NCBI GenBank assembly: GCA_964623335.1
Contig: CAZUST010000002.1
Location: 12,867-68,047 of the forward strand
Length of the DNA stretch: 55,181 nt
From: an uncultured Candidatus Saccharibacteria bacterium
GTDB taxonomy: Bacteria > Patescibacteriota > Minisyncoccia > Minisyncoccales > UBA5738
Reading direction: 5' to 3'
The notes under the pieces: generated by a model
What the model saw: the letters and a program-made list of their open reading frames with translations, nothing else
What the model was told of the DNA's origin: nothing
Database searches by the model: none
In this document: in pieces, positions 41,481 through 51,553 of the stretch
Position numbering within the stretch: the stretch's first letter is position 1
Layout: each line of letters starts with the position of its first letter
Program-made: the position numbers and the translations under genes

Positions 41481-43448
41481 ATGAAATTGTCAAAACCAAA
41501 ACTGTCCAAAATCAAGTTATTCAAAAAGGGCCCCAATAAAAAACCGGGCCGGTTTTGGCCAATTGTTTCTAATATTATCGGAATACTGATCCTTCTGGGA
41601 TTGCTTGGTGTCGCGTTTGTGGGTATGCTTTTTATTTACTATACTCGCGATCTTCCCCGTCCGGAAAAATATTCCGAAAAAAGCACCACCCAATCCACCA
41701 AGATCTACGACCGTTCCGGCGGAATCCTTTTATATGAAATATACGGCGAAGAAAAACGCAACTGGGTAAATTTTTCTGACATCCCCGACACGGTTAAAAA
41801 AATGGCGGTTGCCGCCGAAGATAAGAATTTTTACCAAAACAATATCGGCATCGATATTGAAGGTATTACCCGCTCGATAAAAAATTTCATCGTCACCGGC
41901 AAAGCAACCATGGGTGGGTCAACCATTCCCCAACAATTGATCCGTTCCACTTTTCTCACTAATGAACGGACGATCGAAAGAAAGATTCGCGAGATCGTGA
42001 TGGCAATTGAGCTTACGCGCCGCTATTCCAAAGATCAGGTGCTTGAATGGTATTTAAACCAGGTTCCTTTCGGCCAAAACACTTACGGCGTTGGCGCCGC
42101 CAGTGTTAATTATTTTGGTAAACCAATCTCTGAAATAAATGCCGCCGAGGCCGCCACCATCATTTCACTGATCCAAGCGCCGTCATACTACCCCAATCAC
42201 TTCGATGAATTGATGGCGCGCAAAGAATATGTGATCAATCGCATGGTTGATGACGGGTATATGTCCAGCCAAGACGCCGATATCGCCAAAAAAACAGAAG
42301 TGAAATTTGTCGAAAAAGAAAACAACATTAAAGCTCCTTATTTTACTTTATGGATAAAACAGCGGCTCGAAGAACAATACGGCAAGCAATATCTTCAGGA
42401 AGCTGGATTAAAGGTTGTCACTTCTCTTGATTGGAACATGCAGCAACAAGCTCAGGAGATCGTTAAAAACGGGGTTAAGAAAAATTACGTCTACAATGCT
42501 CATAATGGCGCCCTGGTCGCTCTCGATCCTAAAACCGGCCAAGTTTTAGCGATGACTGTCGGCTCCGGTGATTATTACGATACCCCTTATCCCGAAGGCT
42601 GCACCCCGGGGAAAGATTGTTCTTTTGATCCGCAATATAATGTCGCGGTTCAAACTCCCGGCCGCCAGCCCGGATCATCGTTTAAACCGATTGTTTACGC
42701 CGAAGCTTTCGAGAAAGGCTACGACGACAAAACCATTGTTAACGATGTTTACACTTGTTTTGGCAAATGGGGTGGTAAGGAATATTGCCCGCAAAACTTC
42801 GACCTTCGTTTTCGGGGTGCGGTAACCCTGCGCTTCGCCTTGGCTGGATCATTGAATGTTCCTGCGGTTAAAGTATTGAATTCCATGGCCGGATTAAACG
42901 ATAGTATCGCTAAGGCTAAAGAAATGGGTATCACCACCCTAGACAATCCATCCGCTTTTTACGGTCTTTCATTGGTCTTGGGGGGTGGTGAAGTTACTTT
43001 ACTGGATATGACATCGGTTTATGGTGTTTTTGCCGCCCAGGGATACCGCATGCCCCCTACCGGCATCATTAGCATCACTGACAGCAAGGGTAATTCTGTT
43101 TACGAAAACGATAAAACTCCTCAAAAGGTTTTAAGCGCCCGTAGTGCCAACACGATCAGCAGTATCCTCTCCGACAACAACGCTCGCGCCCCGATTTTTG
43201 GCTACAATTCCCCCCTGTATTTTCCCAACTACAGCAATGTGGCGGTTAAAACCGGCACCACTAGTGATTATCGTGATGGTTGGATCATTGGCTACACCCC
43301 TTCAATCGTGGTTGGTATGTGGGTCGGTAACAGCAATAACGAAGTAATGAATAAAGAACCCGGATATGTCGTTGCCGGCCCGATCTGGCATCAATTTATG
43401 GAAAAAATCCTCCCCAATTATTCCAGTGAACCCTTTCCCGCGATCTGA
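41481..43448 (+). CDS. Class A penicillin-binding protein (transglycosylase + transpeptidase)
   Basis: N-terminal TM, GT51 motif AAEDKNFYQNNIGID, transpeptidase motifs SSFKP, SLN, KTGT. Confidence 0.9.
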   Translation: MKLSKPKLSKIKLFKKGPNKKPGRFWPIVSNIIGILILLGLLGVAFVGMLFIYYTRDLPRPEKYSEKSTTQSTKIYDRSGGILLYEIYGEEKRNWVNFSDIPDTVKKMAVAAEDKNFYQNNIGIDIEGITRSIKNFIVTGKATMGGSTIPQQLIRSTFLTNERTIERKIREIVMAIELTRRYSKDQVLEWYLNQVPFGQNTYGVGAASVNYFGKPISEINAAEAATIISLIQAPSYYPNHFDELMARKEYVINRMVDDGYMSSQDADIAKKTEVKFVEKENNIKAPYFTLWIKQRLEEQYGKQYLQEAGLKVVTSLDWNMQQQAQEIVKNGVKKNYVYNAHNGALVALDPKTGQVLAMTVGSGDYYDTPYPEGCTPGKDCSFDPQYNVAVQTPGRQPGSSFKPIVYAEAFEKGYDDKTIVNDVYTCFGKWGGKEYCPQNFDLRFRGAVTLRFALAGSLNVPAVKVLNSMAGLNDSIAKAKEMGITTLDNPSAFYGLSLVLGGGEVTLLDMTSVYGVFAAQGYRMPPTGIISITDSKGNSVYENDKTPQKVLSARSANTISSILSDNNARAPIFGYNSPLYFPNYSNVAVKTGTTSDYRDGWIIGYTPSIVVGMWVGNSNNEVMNKEPGYVVAGPIWHQFMEKILPNYSSEPFPAI

Positions 43449-43476
43449 TACGGAATTACCCGTTTTCGGGTAAAAT

Positions 43477-43500
43477 AAAACCCGATTGCGGGTTTTTTTT
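43477..43500. terminator. Bidirectional terminator between the PBP gene and dnaN
   Basis: aaaacccg-attg-cgggtttt followed by a T-run. A second hairpin ttacccg-tttt-cgggtaa lies at 43456-43473. Confidence 0.65.
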
Positions 43501-43507
43501 GTCTTGT

Positions 43508-44644
43508 TTAATACTTCTTGATCGGCATTAAAATATAAATAAAATCCGCGCCTTCAGCGGGTTTTAACACCCCGGGACCGTCATCGCTGGAAAACTCCAT
43601 AAGGCACTTGTCGTCTTTAATTGAATTAAGCCCGTCCGCCAAAAACTTATAATTAAAAGTAATGGTTATGTCTTCTCCGGTATTTTTTTCCAATTTAAGT
43701 TCGCTTTCATAATCACCCAACTCCGCCGACCGGCTCATAACCATCAATACCCCTTCTTTTTGCAATAATTTGATTACTATTTCGTTTCCTTTCCCCGCGA
43801 ATAATCCCGCCGATTTTAAATGGTTTAACAACTCTTTCTTTGAAAAAGTTATACTGGCCGCGTAGGTTGTGGGAATTATCGCCTGATAATCCGGGAATTC
43901 ACCATCGATCAACCGGCTTACGAATTGTATTCGCGGTTGCGCCGCGTCATCTTCCGGATCAACTTCGATTGTCACCTGGTTTACCGAAAAAAATATATTG
44001 ACATTTGATTGCTTGTCGCCAAAAATCGAGATTATCTCTTTAACTGCGCGCGCCGGCAAAATTATCGGGTATTCTTTGGATAACGCCTTACCCTTGGGCA
44101 TTTTGATTGTCTTTTCACCCAAACGAAAACTGTCCGTCGCCACTACCTTTATCTCGTTGTCCGCAAACAACGCATAAACCCCGGTGATTTCCGGCTTGAC
44201 TGAAGATGAACTGGTAAAATTAACCACTTGCGTTAAAGCCTGGCAAAATATTTCCGCCTTGATTGTTAGGAATTCCCCCTCGGTATTTATCGGCAACGCT
44301 GGAAATTCGTCCGCGCTCAACCCTTTTAGCGTGGATTTTCGCTTATTTCCGGATATCACCACTGAAACAGTGTCCGATTCAATATTGATTGATCCGGCCG
44401 GGAATGATCCTATCAATCCTGATAGGGTTTGAGCTGGCAGCGCGATCCCCCCATCCTCTTCGGTTTTTGACAATAATTTCCAAGATATTCCCGTTTCCAG
44501 ATTGGTTGCGACCGCGGTTAGTGAATTTTTTTCTGCTTTTAAAAGGATATTGCTCAGAATTGGCAAGGTAACATCCCTTCCCGTGATCTTTTCGACCTGG
44601 GATATCGCCTGGTAAAGTTTTTCCTGTAATATCTTGGTTTTCAT
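43508..44644 (-). CDS. dnaN: DNA polymerase III beta sliding clamp
   Basis: 378 aa, three-domain clamp-like sequence, immediately downstream of dnaA. Confidence 0.9.
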   Translation of the reverse strand: MKTKILQEKLYQAISQVEKITGRDVTLPILSNILLKAEKNSLTAVATNLETGISWKLLSKTEEDGGIALPAQTLSGLIGSFPAGSINIESDTVSVVISGNKRKSTLKGLSADEFPALPINTEGEFLTIKAEIFCQALTQVVNFTSSSSVKPEITGVYALFADNEIKVVATDSFRLGEKTIKMPKGKALSKEYPIILPARAVKEIISIFGDKQSNVNIFFSVNQVTIEVDPEDDAAQPRIQFVSRLIDGEFPDYQAIIPTTYAASITFSKKELLNHLKSAGLFAGKGNEIVIKLLQKEGVLMVMSRSAELGDYESELKLEKNTGEDITITFNYKFLADGLNSIKDDKCLMEFSSDDGPGVLKPAEGADFIYILMPIKKY

Positions 44645-44895
44645 TTGATTGTTGTTATATGTATTAATATTTATTTTTATTGATTAATTATAATTAGTAT
44701 TAATAATATACATTGTGGAAAACTGTCGTTTTAATCTTAATTTCCCTTTGAATTATTTGTGGATTACTGTTGGTCTCGTGTGTTTATTGATTGTTTGTAT
44801 CTTTGTTGCGGTATTTCTTTGTTTGAATTGTTCACCACCCTTCCTGTTGTGCATCCTCCGGTTTATTCATGGTTGTATCCACATTTTTTCAACAA
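44645..44895. promoter_or_regulatory. AT-rich dnaA-dnaN spacer with DnaA-box-like sites
   Basis: TGTGGAAAA 44714-44722, TGTGGATTA 44758-44766, GTATCCACA 44875-44883, each one mismatch from TTATCCACA/TGTGGATAA. No ORF of note. Confidence 0.55.
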
Positions 44896-46257
44896 CTAAG
44901 AATTGTATATTTTTTGCTTTAACATGTTAATCTCTTCTTGGAAGTTTTCATTGGTTTTCAACTCCGTAGAGATTTTTTTATAGGCATGCATTACGGTTGT
45001 GTGGTCTTTGTCTCCCATTTTCCTGCCAATAAAAGGAAATGAAGCGTTTAATTCTTCCCTTAGAAGGTACATTATCACTTGGCGTGGTTTAACAATTTCC
45101 TTTTTTCGCGAGTCGGATAAAATATCCTTTTCTTTTAAATCGTAAAAATCAACCGTGCTCTGGATTATTTTTTTAAAATTCACCACTCTTTTGGGGTTAA
45201 TGGATGATAATATCGACTGGCAAAGTTCAGTGGTTGGGTTGATGTTTTTGAATTTGGTGTGAGCTGCCACTTTGGTTAATGCGCCTTCAAGTTCCCGAAT
45301 GTTGCTTTGGATTGATGAGGCGATTGTGGATAGGATTTCATCTGAAAAACCCAAGTTTGCTTGTTGGCATTTGGTTTTAAGGATCGCCATCCGGGTTTCA
45401 AAATCAGGCAAGCTGACATCGGCAATCATCCCTCCCTCAAAGCGCGATCTTAACCGGTCGGATAGTTCCGGGATCGCTTTTGGGGCGCGATCCGACGACA
45501 AGACTATTTGTAGGTTTTTGTTGTATAGACTGTTGAAGATGTAAAAAAATTCATCCTGGGTCCTTTCTTTTCCGGAAATAAATTGAATGTCATCGATAAT
45601 AAACACGGCGGTATCAAGATATTTGGCGCGCAAACTCTCGATTGTGCCGTTGCGAATCCCGTAAATTATCTCCGACGTCAATTTTTCAGTAGGAATATAG
45701 CGTATTTTTTTTTCGGGAAAGTTATTTAACACTTCATTGCCCAATGCTTGGAGTAAATGGGTTTTACCTAATCCCACCCCGCCATAAATAAATAGCGGGT
45801 TATAGACCATCCCCGGATTTTTTGCGACGGCCCACGCGGCCGCGTGGGCTAATTCGTTGTAGGGGCCGACGATAAAACCATCAAAACTGTATTTGGGGTT
45901 AAGGTTGGTGTCGCGATTTTGCTTAAATTCGTCAAGCCCCATCTGGCCTCCGGGCGTGGTTTGCGTTGCGGGGGGCGTTGTGGTTGGTTTGGGTTTGGTT
46001 GTTGCCGGGTTATCTTTGACGACCCTGAAAAAAACTTCTCTGATTGAACCGTCGGTGTCCCGCAAGATTTTTAATATTTGCTTGTGGTATTTTTGTTCTA
46101 GCCATTCTTTGGCGAACGAATTTGGAGTGGCGACCACCGCTTCCCCGTTTTCAATCGAAACAATGCTGGTTGATTTGAACCAGGTGGTGAATATTGCCGG
46201 AGAGACGTTCAATTGTATCTGAGCCAGAATTGAATCCCAGATTTCTTTGTTTGTCAT
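44896..46257 (-). CDS. dnaA: Chromosomal replication initiator DnaA
   Basis: Walker A GGVGLGKTHLLQA, AAA+ domain, C-terminal DNA-binding signature DHTTVMHAYKKI. Confidence 0.95.
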   Translation of the reverse strand: MTNKEIWDSILAQIQLNVSPAIFTTWFKSTSIVSIENGEAVVATPNSFAKEWLEQKYHKQILKILRDTDGSIREVFFRVVKDNPATTKPKPTTTPPATQTTPGGQMGLDEFKQNRDTNLNPKYSFDGFIVGPYNELAHAAAWAVAKNPGMVYNPLFIYGGVGLGKTHLLQALGNEVLNNFPEKKIRYIPTEKLTSEIIYGIRNGTIESLRAKYLDTAVFIIDDIQFISGKERTQDEFFYIFNSLYNKNLQIVLSSDRAPKAIPELSDRLRSRFEGGMIADVSLPDFETRMAILKTKCQQANLGFSDEILSTIASSIQSNIRELEGALTKVAAHTKFKNINPTTELCQSILSSINPKRVVNFKKIIQSTVDFYDLKEKDILSDSRKKEIVKPRQVIMYLLREELNASFPFIGRKMGDKDHTTVMHAYKKISTELKTNENFQEEINMLKQKIYNS

Positions 46258-46698
46258 TGGGATATGCGCGCGATGTCGCGCCGGTTTTTAAAAATGGCGC
46301 GCCAAAACCGTGTGGAGGTTAGTAAGTAATTATAACGCCAGACAAGTCGTATCGGAAATAATCTGTTCGCCCCGGTTTTTGCGCTCCGCAACGGAGTATT
46401 TAACCGGGTTTGGGTTTGTTGGGATGTTAAATTTTAAATTACCGCCTAAAAAACTTAAAATAGAAAATTTTTCCGAAAAAACGCAATATATCGGATGTGT
46501 TTATAACTTGTGGATAACTATGGGTACAATGTGGATAAAACTATTCACTGGCTGATTATTGAGATTATCATTAAAGTTTTAAAAACACAAAAAATTAAAA
46601 AACAACCCCCCTTTAATAATTACCGGTAACGATAACTTCGCCTTTACTTTTCGGATTTTTAATGTAAAATGAACTCGTGTTGAAAATAACCCAATAAC
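46258..46698. promoter_or_regulatory. Candidate oriC (dnaA-rpmH intergenic region)
   Basis: Two perfect DnaA boxes TGTGGATAA at 46509-46517 and 46530-46538, and an adjacent AT-rich stretch at about 46556-46620. Classic rpmH/dnaA context. Confidence 0.65.
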
Positions 46699-46833
46699 AT
46701 GAGTGTTACCTACCAGCCTAAAACCAAAAAACGGAGCAAAACTCACGGGTTTCGCAAACGTTCCCAAACAACCGGCGGCCGCCGCGTGTTGAAAGCGAGG
46801 CGGGCCAAGGGGCGGGCAAAACTAACGGTATGA
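46699..46833 (+). CDS. rpmH: 50S ribosomal protein L34
   Basis: Manual translation [44 protein letters not shown] (44 aa, below the ORF-track cutoff). Confidence 0.9.
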   Translation: MSVTYQPKTKKRSKTHGFRKRSQTTGGRRVLKARRAKGRAKLTV

Positions 46834-46842
46834 TTCAATATT

Positions 46843-47181
46843 ATGCTGCCGCCTGCCAACCGCCTAAGGAAAAAGAAGGACATCGATCGGGTGTTCGCCA
46901 ATAGAAAAAGTTGCAAAAGCGGTCTGTTGGTCTGTAAAACGGCATTGAATGATCTCGATGTCGCCCGTTTTTGTTTCGTTGTGTCAAAACGCGTTTCCAA
47001 TAAAGCGGTGGTGCGTAATCGGTTAAAACGCCGCTTAAGGGATGCGGTCGCCTCGCTTATGCCCGATATCGTTAAAAAATGCGACTGCGTGCTTATCGCC
47101 TGCCCCGGTTTGGAAACCCGGGAATTTGACGAATTGCGTGCTCTTGTAAAAAAAGTTTTTCTGCTTGCCGGCATTTTATAA
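46843..47181 (+). CDS. rnpA: RNase P protein component
   Basis: MLPPANRLRKKKDIDRVF..., conserved RNR-like motif VVRNRLKRRLR, and position after rpmH. Confidence 0.85.
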   Translation: MLPPANRLRKKKDIDRVFANRKSCKSGLLVCKTALNDLDVARFCFVVSKRVSNKAVVRNRLKRRLRDAVASLMPDIVKKCDCVLIACPGLETREFDELRALVKKVFLLAGIL

Positions 47182-47190
47182 ATTGGAAAC

Positions 47191-47901
47191 ATGAATATTT
47201 TTACTGTTTTGCTTTATCAGCCGCTTTTCAACCTTCTGATCTTGCTTTACGAGTATGTTCCTGGACACGATTTTGGCGTTGCGGTTATTTTGCTTACGGT
47301 TTTGATCCGGCTTTTGCTTTATCCCTTAATGGCTGAATCTTTGCGGGTGCAAAAGGTTACTGCGAAAATCCAGCCGCAAATGAAAGAAATTCAGGAAAAA
47401 TACAAGGATAACAAGGAAAAACAGGCAACCCTGATCATGCAGTTGTGGCAGGAAAACAAAATAAATCCTTTTGCCAGTTTCTTGTTTTTGCTTATCCAGA
47501 TACCGATCTTGTGGGGCTTGTACTGGGTATTTTTAAATGGCTTTAAGGATGGGACGCTTTCGATGATTTATGGCTTTTTACCTCATCCCGGTTCCATTAA
47601 TCCGATGTTTTTGGGGATGATCAATTTATCCGCGGCCTATCCCTTGTTGGCGATAATCGCGGCGGTATTGCAGTATTTGCAAGTAAAAATGATGATGCCG
47701 CCCAAACCCGCCAATACCGGCAAGGAGCGCAACCAGTCGGAACAGTTTGCCGAAATAATGCGTTTGCAATCGGTTTACGTGATGCCGGTGTTTACCGTCT
47801 TGATTTTTTGGGGGTTGCCTTCGGCGCTTGGATTATATTGGGTGACGAGCAGTCTGTTTACTATTGGCCAGCAATATGTGACGTTGAAGAACAATCGGTA
47901 A
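47191..47901 (+). CDS. yidC: Membrane protein insertase YidC (short form)
   Basis: Oxa1/YidC-type TM pattern with LLYPL..Q..M+.IQP.M+EIQEKYK segment. 236 aa. Confidence 0.85.
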   Translation: MNIFTVLLYQPLFNLLILLYEYVPGHDFGVAVILLTVLIRLLLYPLMAESLRVQKVTAKIQPQMKEIQEKYKDNKEKQATLIMQLWQENKINPFASFLFLLIQIPILWGLYWVFLNGFKDGTLSMIYGFLPHPGSINPMFLGMINLSAAYPLLAIIAAVLQYLQVKMMMPPKPANTGKERNQSEQFAEIMRLQSVYVMPVFTVLIFWGLPSALGLYWVTSSLFTIGQQYVTLKNNR

Positions 47902-47957
47902 ATACAAATTTATCCAAGAGTAGCCCGGACGGCGAAACACTTAAAAATATAAATTCG

Positions 47958-48425
47958 ATGGACGAAAACAATAAAAAAATCGATCTGAAAGCGGTACGGC
48001 GGACAACCGAAAACCTGCTCTGGAAATTGGATCCCGAAGCCTGTATCGATTCGGTGTCTGAAAGTGATGGTACGGTGATGATTTCGGCCAAGGTTGATGA
48101 GTCGCGATTGTCCATTGGCCAGAACATGGAGGCTTTATTGGCGATCCAGCACCTCTTGAAAGTGATGCTGCGCAAGAATACCGGCGTTCCATGCCGCGTT
48201 GATCTGGATATTAACGGCCATAAAGAAAAGCGCCGCGAATATTTAAAAGAATTGGCGGTTAGCACCGCTAACGAGGTGGCGTTGGTTAAGCGCGAAATGG
48301 CCCTTTCGCCCATGAGTGCTTATGAGAGAAGGATCGTTCATGTGGAACTAAGCAAGCGCCGCGACATTGTTACGGAAAGTCGGGGTATTGGGACTGACCG
48401 CTGCGTTATTATCCGCCCCGCCTGA
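47958..48425 (+). CDS. jag: Jag/SpoIIIJ-associated KH + R3H RNA-binding protein
   Basis: C-terminal R3H motif MSAYERRIVHVEL. ATG at 47958 preferred; the ORF track extends to 47808, overlapping yidC. Confidence 0.75.
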   Translation: MDENNKKIDLKAVRRTTENLLWKLDPEACIDSVSESDGTVMISAKVDESRLSIGQNMEALLAIQHLLKVMLRKNTGVPCRVDLDINGHKEKRREYLKELAVSTANEVALVKREMALSPMSAYERRIVHVELSKRRDIVTESRGIGTDRCVIIRPA

Positions 48426-48451
48426 TCATCGCGTATTTTTATCTGGAGGTG

Positions 48452-48575
48452 CCCCGGGACAAGCCCTTGGGAAATGAAATGATAATTCCTTAGGTATTCT
48501 GCGAGCATTCTTGAGGGGGCGCATCTTTGGTGCCGCGTTGGCGACATTCGCTGTTGAAGATATATTTTTGATTTG
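48452..48575 (+). repeat. Family-B conserved non-coding element, copy 1 (3' of the VirB4-like gene)
   Basis: Shares ordered blocks CCCGG, AAGCCCTTGG, ATTCCTTAG, TGCGAG, GCAT, TGCCGCG, CATTCGCT and a GAA-ATATATTT tail with 52181-52365. Confidence 0.7.
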
Positions 48576-48592
48576 CGAACAAGCAAATTTTA

Positions 48593-50407
48593 CTATGTTT
48601 GATTCTGTACCTCCGCTTTAACTTTCTTGATTTTGGCTAATTCTTCCGGATTGGTGGTGATGATTTGGTCTTCAATATACGACGCGACCACTTTCATCGC
48701 CACGTGTTTTTGCCCGGCAAAGAACAGCCCCTCTCCGATTTCAGCTTCCAGCAGGAAGCTTTTTTCGCGGTCGGTCAAGTTGAAGGTTTTTTGCACCACA
48801 TCGATTGTTGCCGGTGACTGTTTCATCAAGAATTGTATTGATGAGTTGGTGATTATCGGCTGGCCGTAGGCCGATCTCATGAAATCTGCCACGTCTTGGG
48901 TGATTGTGGTGACTCCCAGCCAGTATTTGCGCGCGCGCTTGCAAAGCCCGTATAGGAATGACGCGCCGTCTTCGCTTTGCATTAACACCCACGCCTCATC
49001 AACCACCAGGATGCGTTTGCGCAGTTTGGAGCGAACCTTGTTCCAGATATAGTGCATAATGATGTACATGGCCGCGGTCCGCAATTCGTTTTCCATATCA
49101 CGTATGCCAAATACCACCAAGGGTCTATCCATCGTCACATTGGTGGGCTGGTTGAAGAATTCCGCGTAGGATCCCTTGGTGAATTTTGATATGCGCCGTA
49201 CCAGCGAATCGGTTCCGTCCATTCCCTCCAGCACCGCTTCCAAGTCTTGCATCAACGGGATGCGTTCGGGCCACAGGCTCGGGTCGGTTTCCGGGGTAAT
49301 GTCCTTTGCCGCGTAGACCTCGGTCAGGGCGCGGTCGATGATTGAATCCTCTTCGGGAGTTAATCCGCCTAAAAGGATGCGGATCAATCCGACAATGTTT
49401 AAAATATTGGAGCGAATGACATCGGCCGGATTTTCGTCTTCACGCGGTTCGGGCAGGTCGAACGCGTTGATATGGCACGTCGATGCCAGTGAAATATTCA
49501 AAAACGATCCTCCGGTTGCTTCAGCCAAGGTTTTAAATTCGTTTTCCGGATCGACAACAATCCCGTCGACGCCCAACATGAGCGAACGCAACATTTCCAG
49601 CTTTACCCCGTAGCTTTTACCCGAACCGGATTTGGCAAAGATTACTTCGTTGGCGTTCTCCAGACTGAATCGGTCGAATAATACCAATGAATTATTATGC
49701 AGATTGGTACCGTAAAGTATGCCTTCGTTTGCCGAAAGGTCGAATGATATGAACGGAAAAGTCGAAGAAAGCGGCCCTGTGTTCATCGGCGTGTATATCT
49801 GGATTTTGTCTATTCCGTAAGCCGAAGTTGAAATAAACCCTTCCTTTTGTTGGTACATTGCCGGTTTGATGTAAACCAGTTTTGATTCCAGAATTGAGCG
49901 CAACGTGGTTTCGATATTGCGCAATTTATCGAAATCATCCTCGTATACCGTCAGGTAAATTCCCAATCGGAACATCCTTTCCGTTGATGTTTGCAGTTTG
50001 TCGCGCAGGCTTTCCAAATCCTGGTAGGCAATCTCCAATGCCGGATCGCGAACCAACCCCTTCTCTTCCCTGTCTATGATTTCAGCCTGCACTTCGGTGA
50101 GTTTCTTGCGTAATTGCCGTAGTGTGGTGGCGGTATCGATCGGGTAAATATGAAATGCCACGTCCATTGGCGTGTCCAAATTGATAACCGGCGTGAACCA
50201 TCCCGAATTCAGATAGCGCGGATAGGAAAAAATAAAAAATGACTTGCCGCATCGCTCGCCCAACTTTAAATAATCCGCCGCCAATACGATCGATGACGGG
50301 GCGATAATGTCCTTGATATTGATCGTCTTCATTTGAAGTTCCTGCCCCGGCAAGGATATCTTTTTACCCTTGTCTTTCTTTTTTTTGGAAGAAGAGAATA
50401 AACCCAT
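48593..50407 (-). CDS. VirB4/TraC-like type IV secretion ATPase
   Basis: Walker A FAKSGSGKSY, Walker B ILVVDEAW, N-terminal VirB4-like domain (KDIIAPSS...SYPRYLNSGW). 604 aa; start uncertain (alternative ATG at 50332). Confidence 0.85.
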   Translation of the reverse strand: MGLFSSSKKKKDKGKKISLPGQELQMKTINIKDIIAPSSIVLAADYLKLGERCGKSFFIFSYPRYLNSGWFTPVINLDTPMDVAFHIYPIDTATTLRQLRKKLTEVQAEIIDREEKGLVRDPALEIAYQDLESLRDKLQTSTERMFRLGIYLTVYEDDFDKLRNIETTLRSILESKLVYIKPAMYQQKEGFISTSAYGIDKIQIYTPMNTGPLSSTFPFISFDLSANEGILYGTNLHNNSLVLFDRFSLENANEVIFAKSGSGKSYGVKLEMLRSLMLGVDGIVVDPENEFKTLAEATGGSFLNISLASTCHINAFDLPEPREDENPADVIRSNILNIVGLIRILLGGLTPEEDSIIDRALTEVYAAKDITPETDPSLWPERIPLMQDLEAVLEGMDGTDSLVRRISKFTKGSYAEFFNQPTNVTMDRPLVVFGIRDMENELRTAAMYIIMHYIWNKVRSKLRKRILVVDEAWVLMQSEDGASFLYGLCKRARKYWLGVTTITQDVADFMRSAYGQPIITNSSIQFLMKQSPATIDVVQKTFNLTDREKSFLLEAEIGEGLFFAGQKHVAMKVVASYIEDQIITTNPEELAKIKKVKAEVQNQT

Positions 50408-50537
50408 AATAAAAATATATAAATATGAAAATAAAAATTAAATCAAGGTAAAAACAAAGCATATTTCTTGGTGCGCTGCGTATTCTTTGTGTTTTCCCTT
50501 TGCGCTTGGCGCTTTTGGGTTTTTGCCCCCCTTTTCT

Positions 50538-51188
50538 TTACTGGATAAGTTCCGGCGGGATCTCGGGGTAATATCCCCTTTCCGATTCTTCAAGATGGTG
50601 CGAGCTCCAAAAAAACTCCGCCAGTTCCAAGCTGTTTAGCGGGATGCATTGCAGGCCGCACCGCCGCAAACCCAAAGCTACGAATTCCATTCTTTGTAAA
50701 AGCTGCGACTTGCTTTGAGTGAATTGTTCCTGGGCCAGTCCCTGAGTTTTTGGCTGTCCGGATTTTTTGTTTTTTCCTTTACCGGTGTTTGTTCCGGGAA
50801 GTATCATCGTTTGGAATGGCACGACGACATAGAATGATTTGTTCATGATTGACCCTCCCGAAACGATCTCGTTGATAAAATTCCGGTACTCGATAACTTG
50901 TGTTCGCAAAAGATCGTTGGATTGGCGGTTTTCCAGGTCTTTCAATTTATCCAAATAACTGGTGATGTTCAGCCTGCGGCTTTGGATAATTATCTGCAAC
51001 GGGAAATCAAGAGAATTTAAAAAGTTTTGGAATTGGCCGATAATGGCGTTCTGTTCTTCTTCGGCCATTAAGGCGAAATTGATGGAATTTACCATCATTA
51101 TTCCTCTCAGGGATTTATTTTTGAGGATCACGATCCCGTCCTTGATCTGGTCGATCTCGAGAAATTGTTGTGTTGAAAGTATTGCCAT
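50538..51188 (-). CDS. Hypothetical protein of the T4SS-like module (resembles N-terminal regions of Gram-positive conjugation ATPases)
   Basis: 216 aa; STQQFLEIDQIKDGIVILKNKSLRGIMMVNSINFALMAEEEQNAIIGQFQNFLNSLDFPLQIII pattern. No NTP-binding motif. Confidence 0.5.
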   Translation of the reverse strand: MAILSTQQFLEIDQIKDGIVILKNKSLRGIMMVNSINFALMAEEEQNAIIGQFQNFLNSLDFPLQIIIQSRRLNITSYLDKLKDLENRQSNDLLRTQVIEYRNFINEIVSGGSIMNKSFYVVVPFQTMILPGTNTGKGKNKKSGQPKTQGLAQEQFTQSKSQLLQRMEFVALGLRRCGLQCIPLNSLELAEFFWSSHHLEESERGYYPEIPPELIQ

Positions 51189-51553
51189 GGTAGGAAGCGC
51201 GAAGTATAAAACTAAAATTTAGAAGTTTGGAGTCGGCCGCGATTCGCGGAAATGTCTAAAATATTTGCGATTTTTGTTGTTTTTTGCCATTTCTCTGCGG
51301 TCGTTGTCGGATTTTTGGGAATTTTTTGATTAAAAATATATTTCCCGAACGTATTTCATCGGGCGGGGTTCATAACCCGCGCGACGGCTAAAGAGAATGT
51401 TTCTCGTAAGAGGATTTGCGGAGTTATCTGGGAGAATCCTCACCCATCGGATTCCAAGAGTTTGTTCCGATGTCTGTCTCCGGATAAATATGACCGTCGT
51501 CCTGCTTTCATATCTGATTCTTTGTTTTGCGTTCTGCACTTTAAGTTTTGAGA

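Noticed and set aside
46831-46833. Possibility of a recoded genetic code (UGA as sense), as in some candidate-phyla lineages.
   Set aside because: TGA terminates well-defined genes at their expected lengths, for example rpmH at 46831-46833 and plsC copy 2 at 3389-3391. Conserved proteins show no in-frame TGA, so the standard bacterial code fits.
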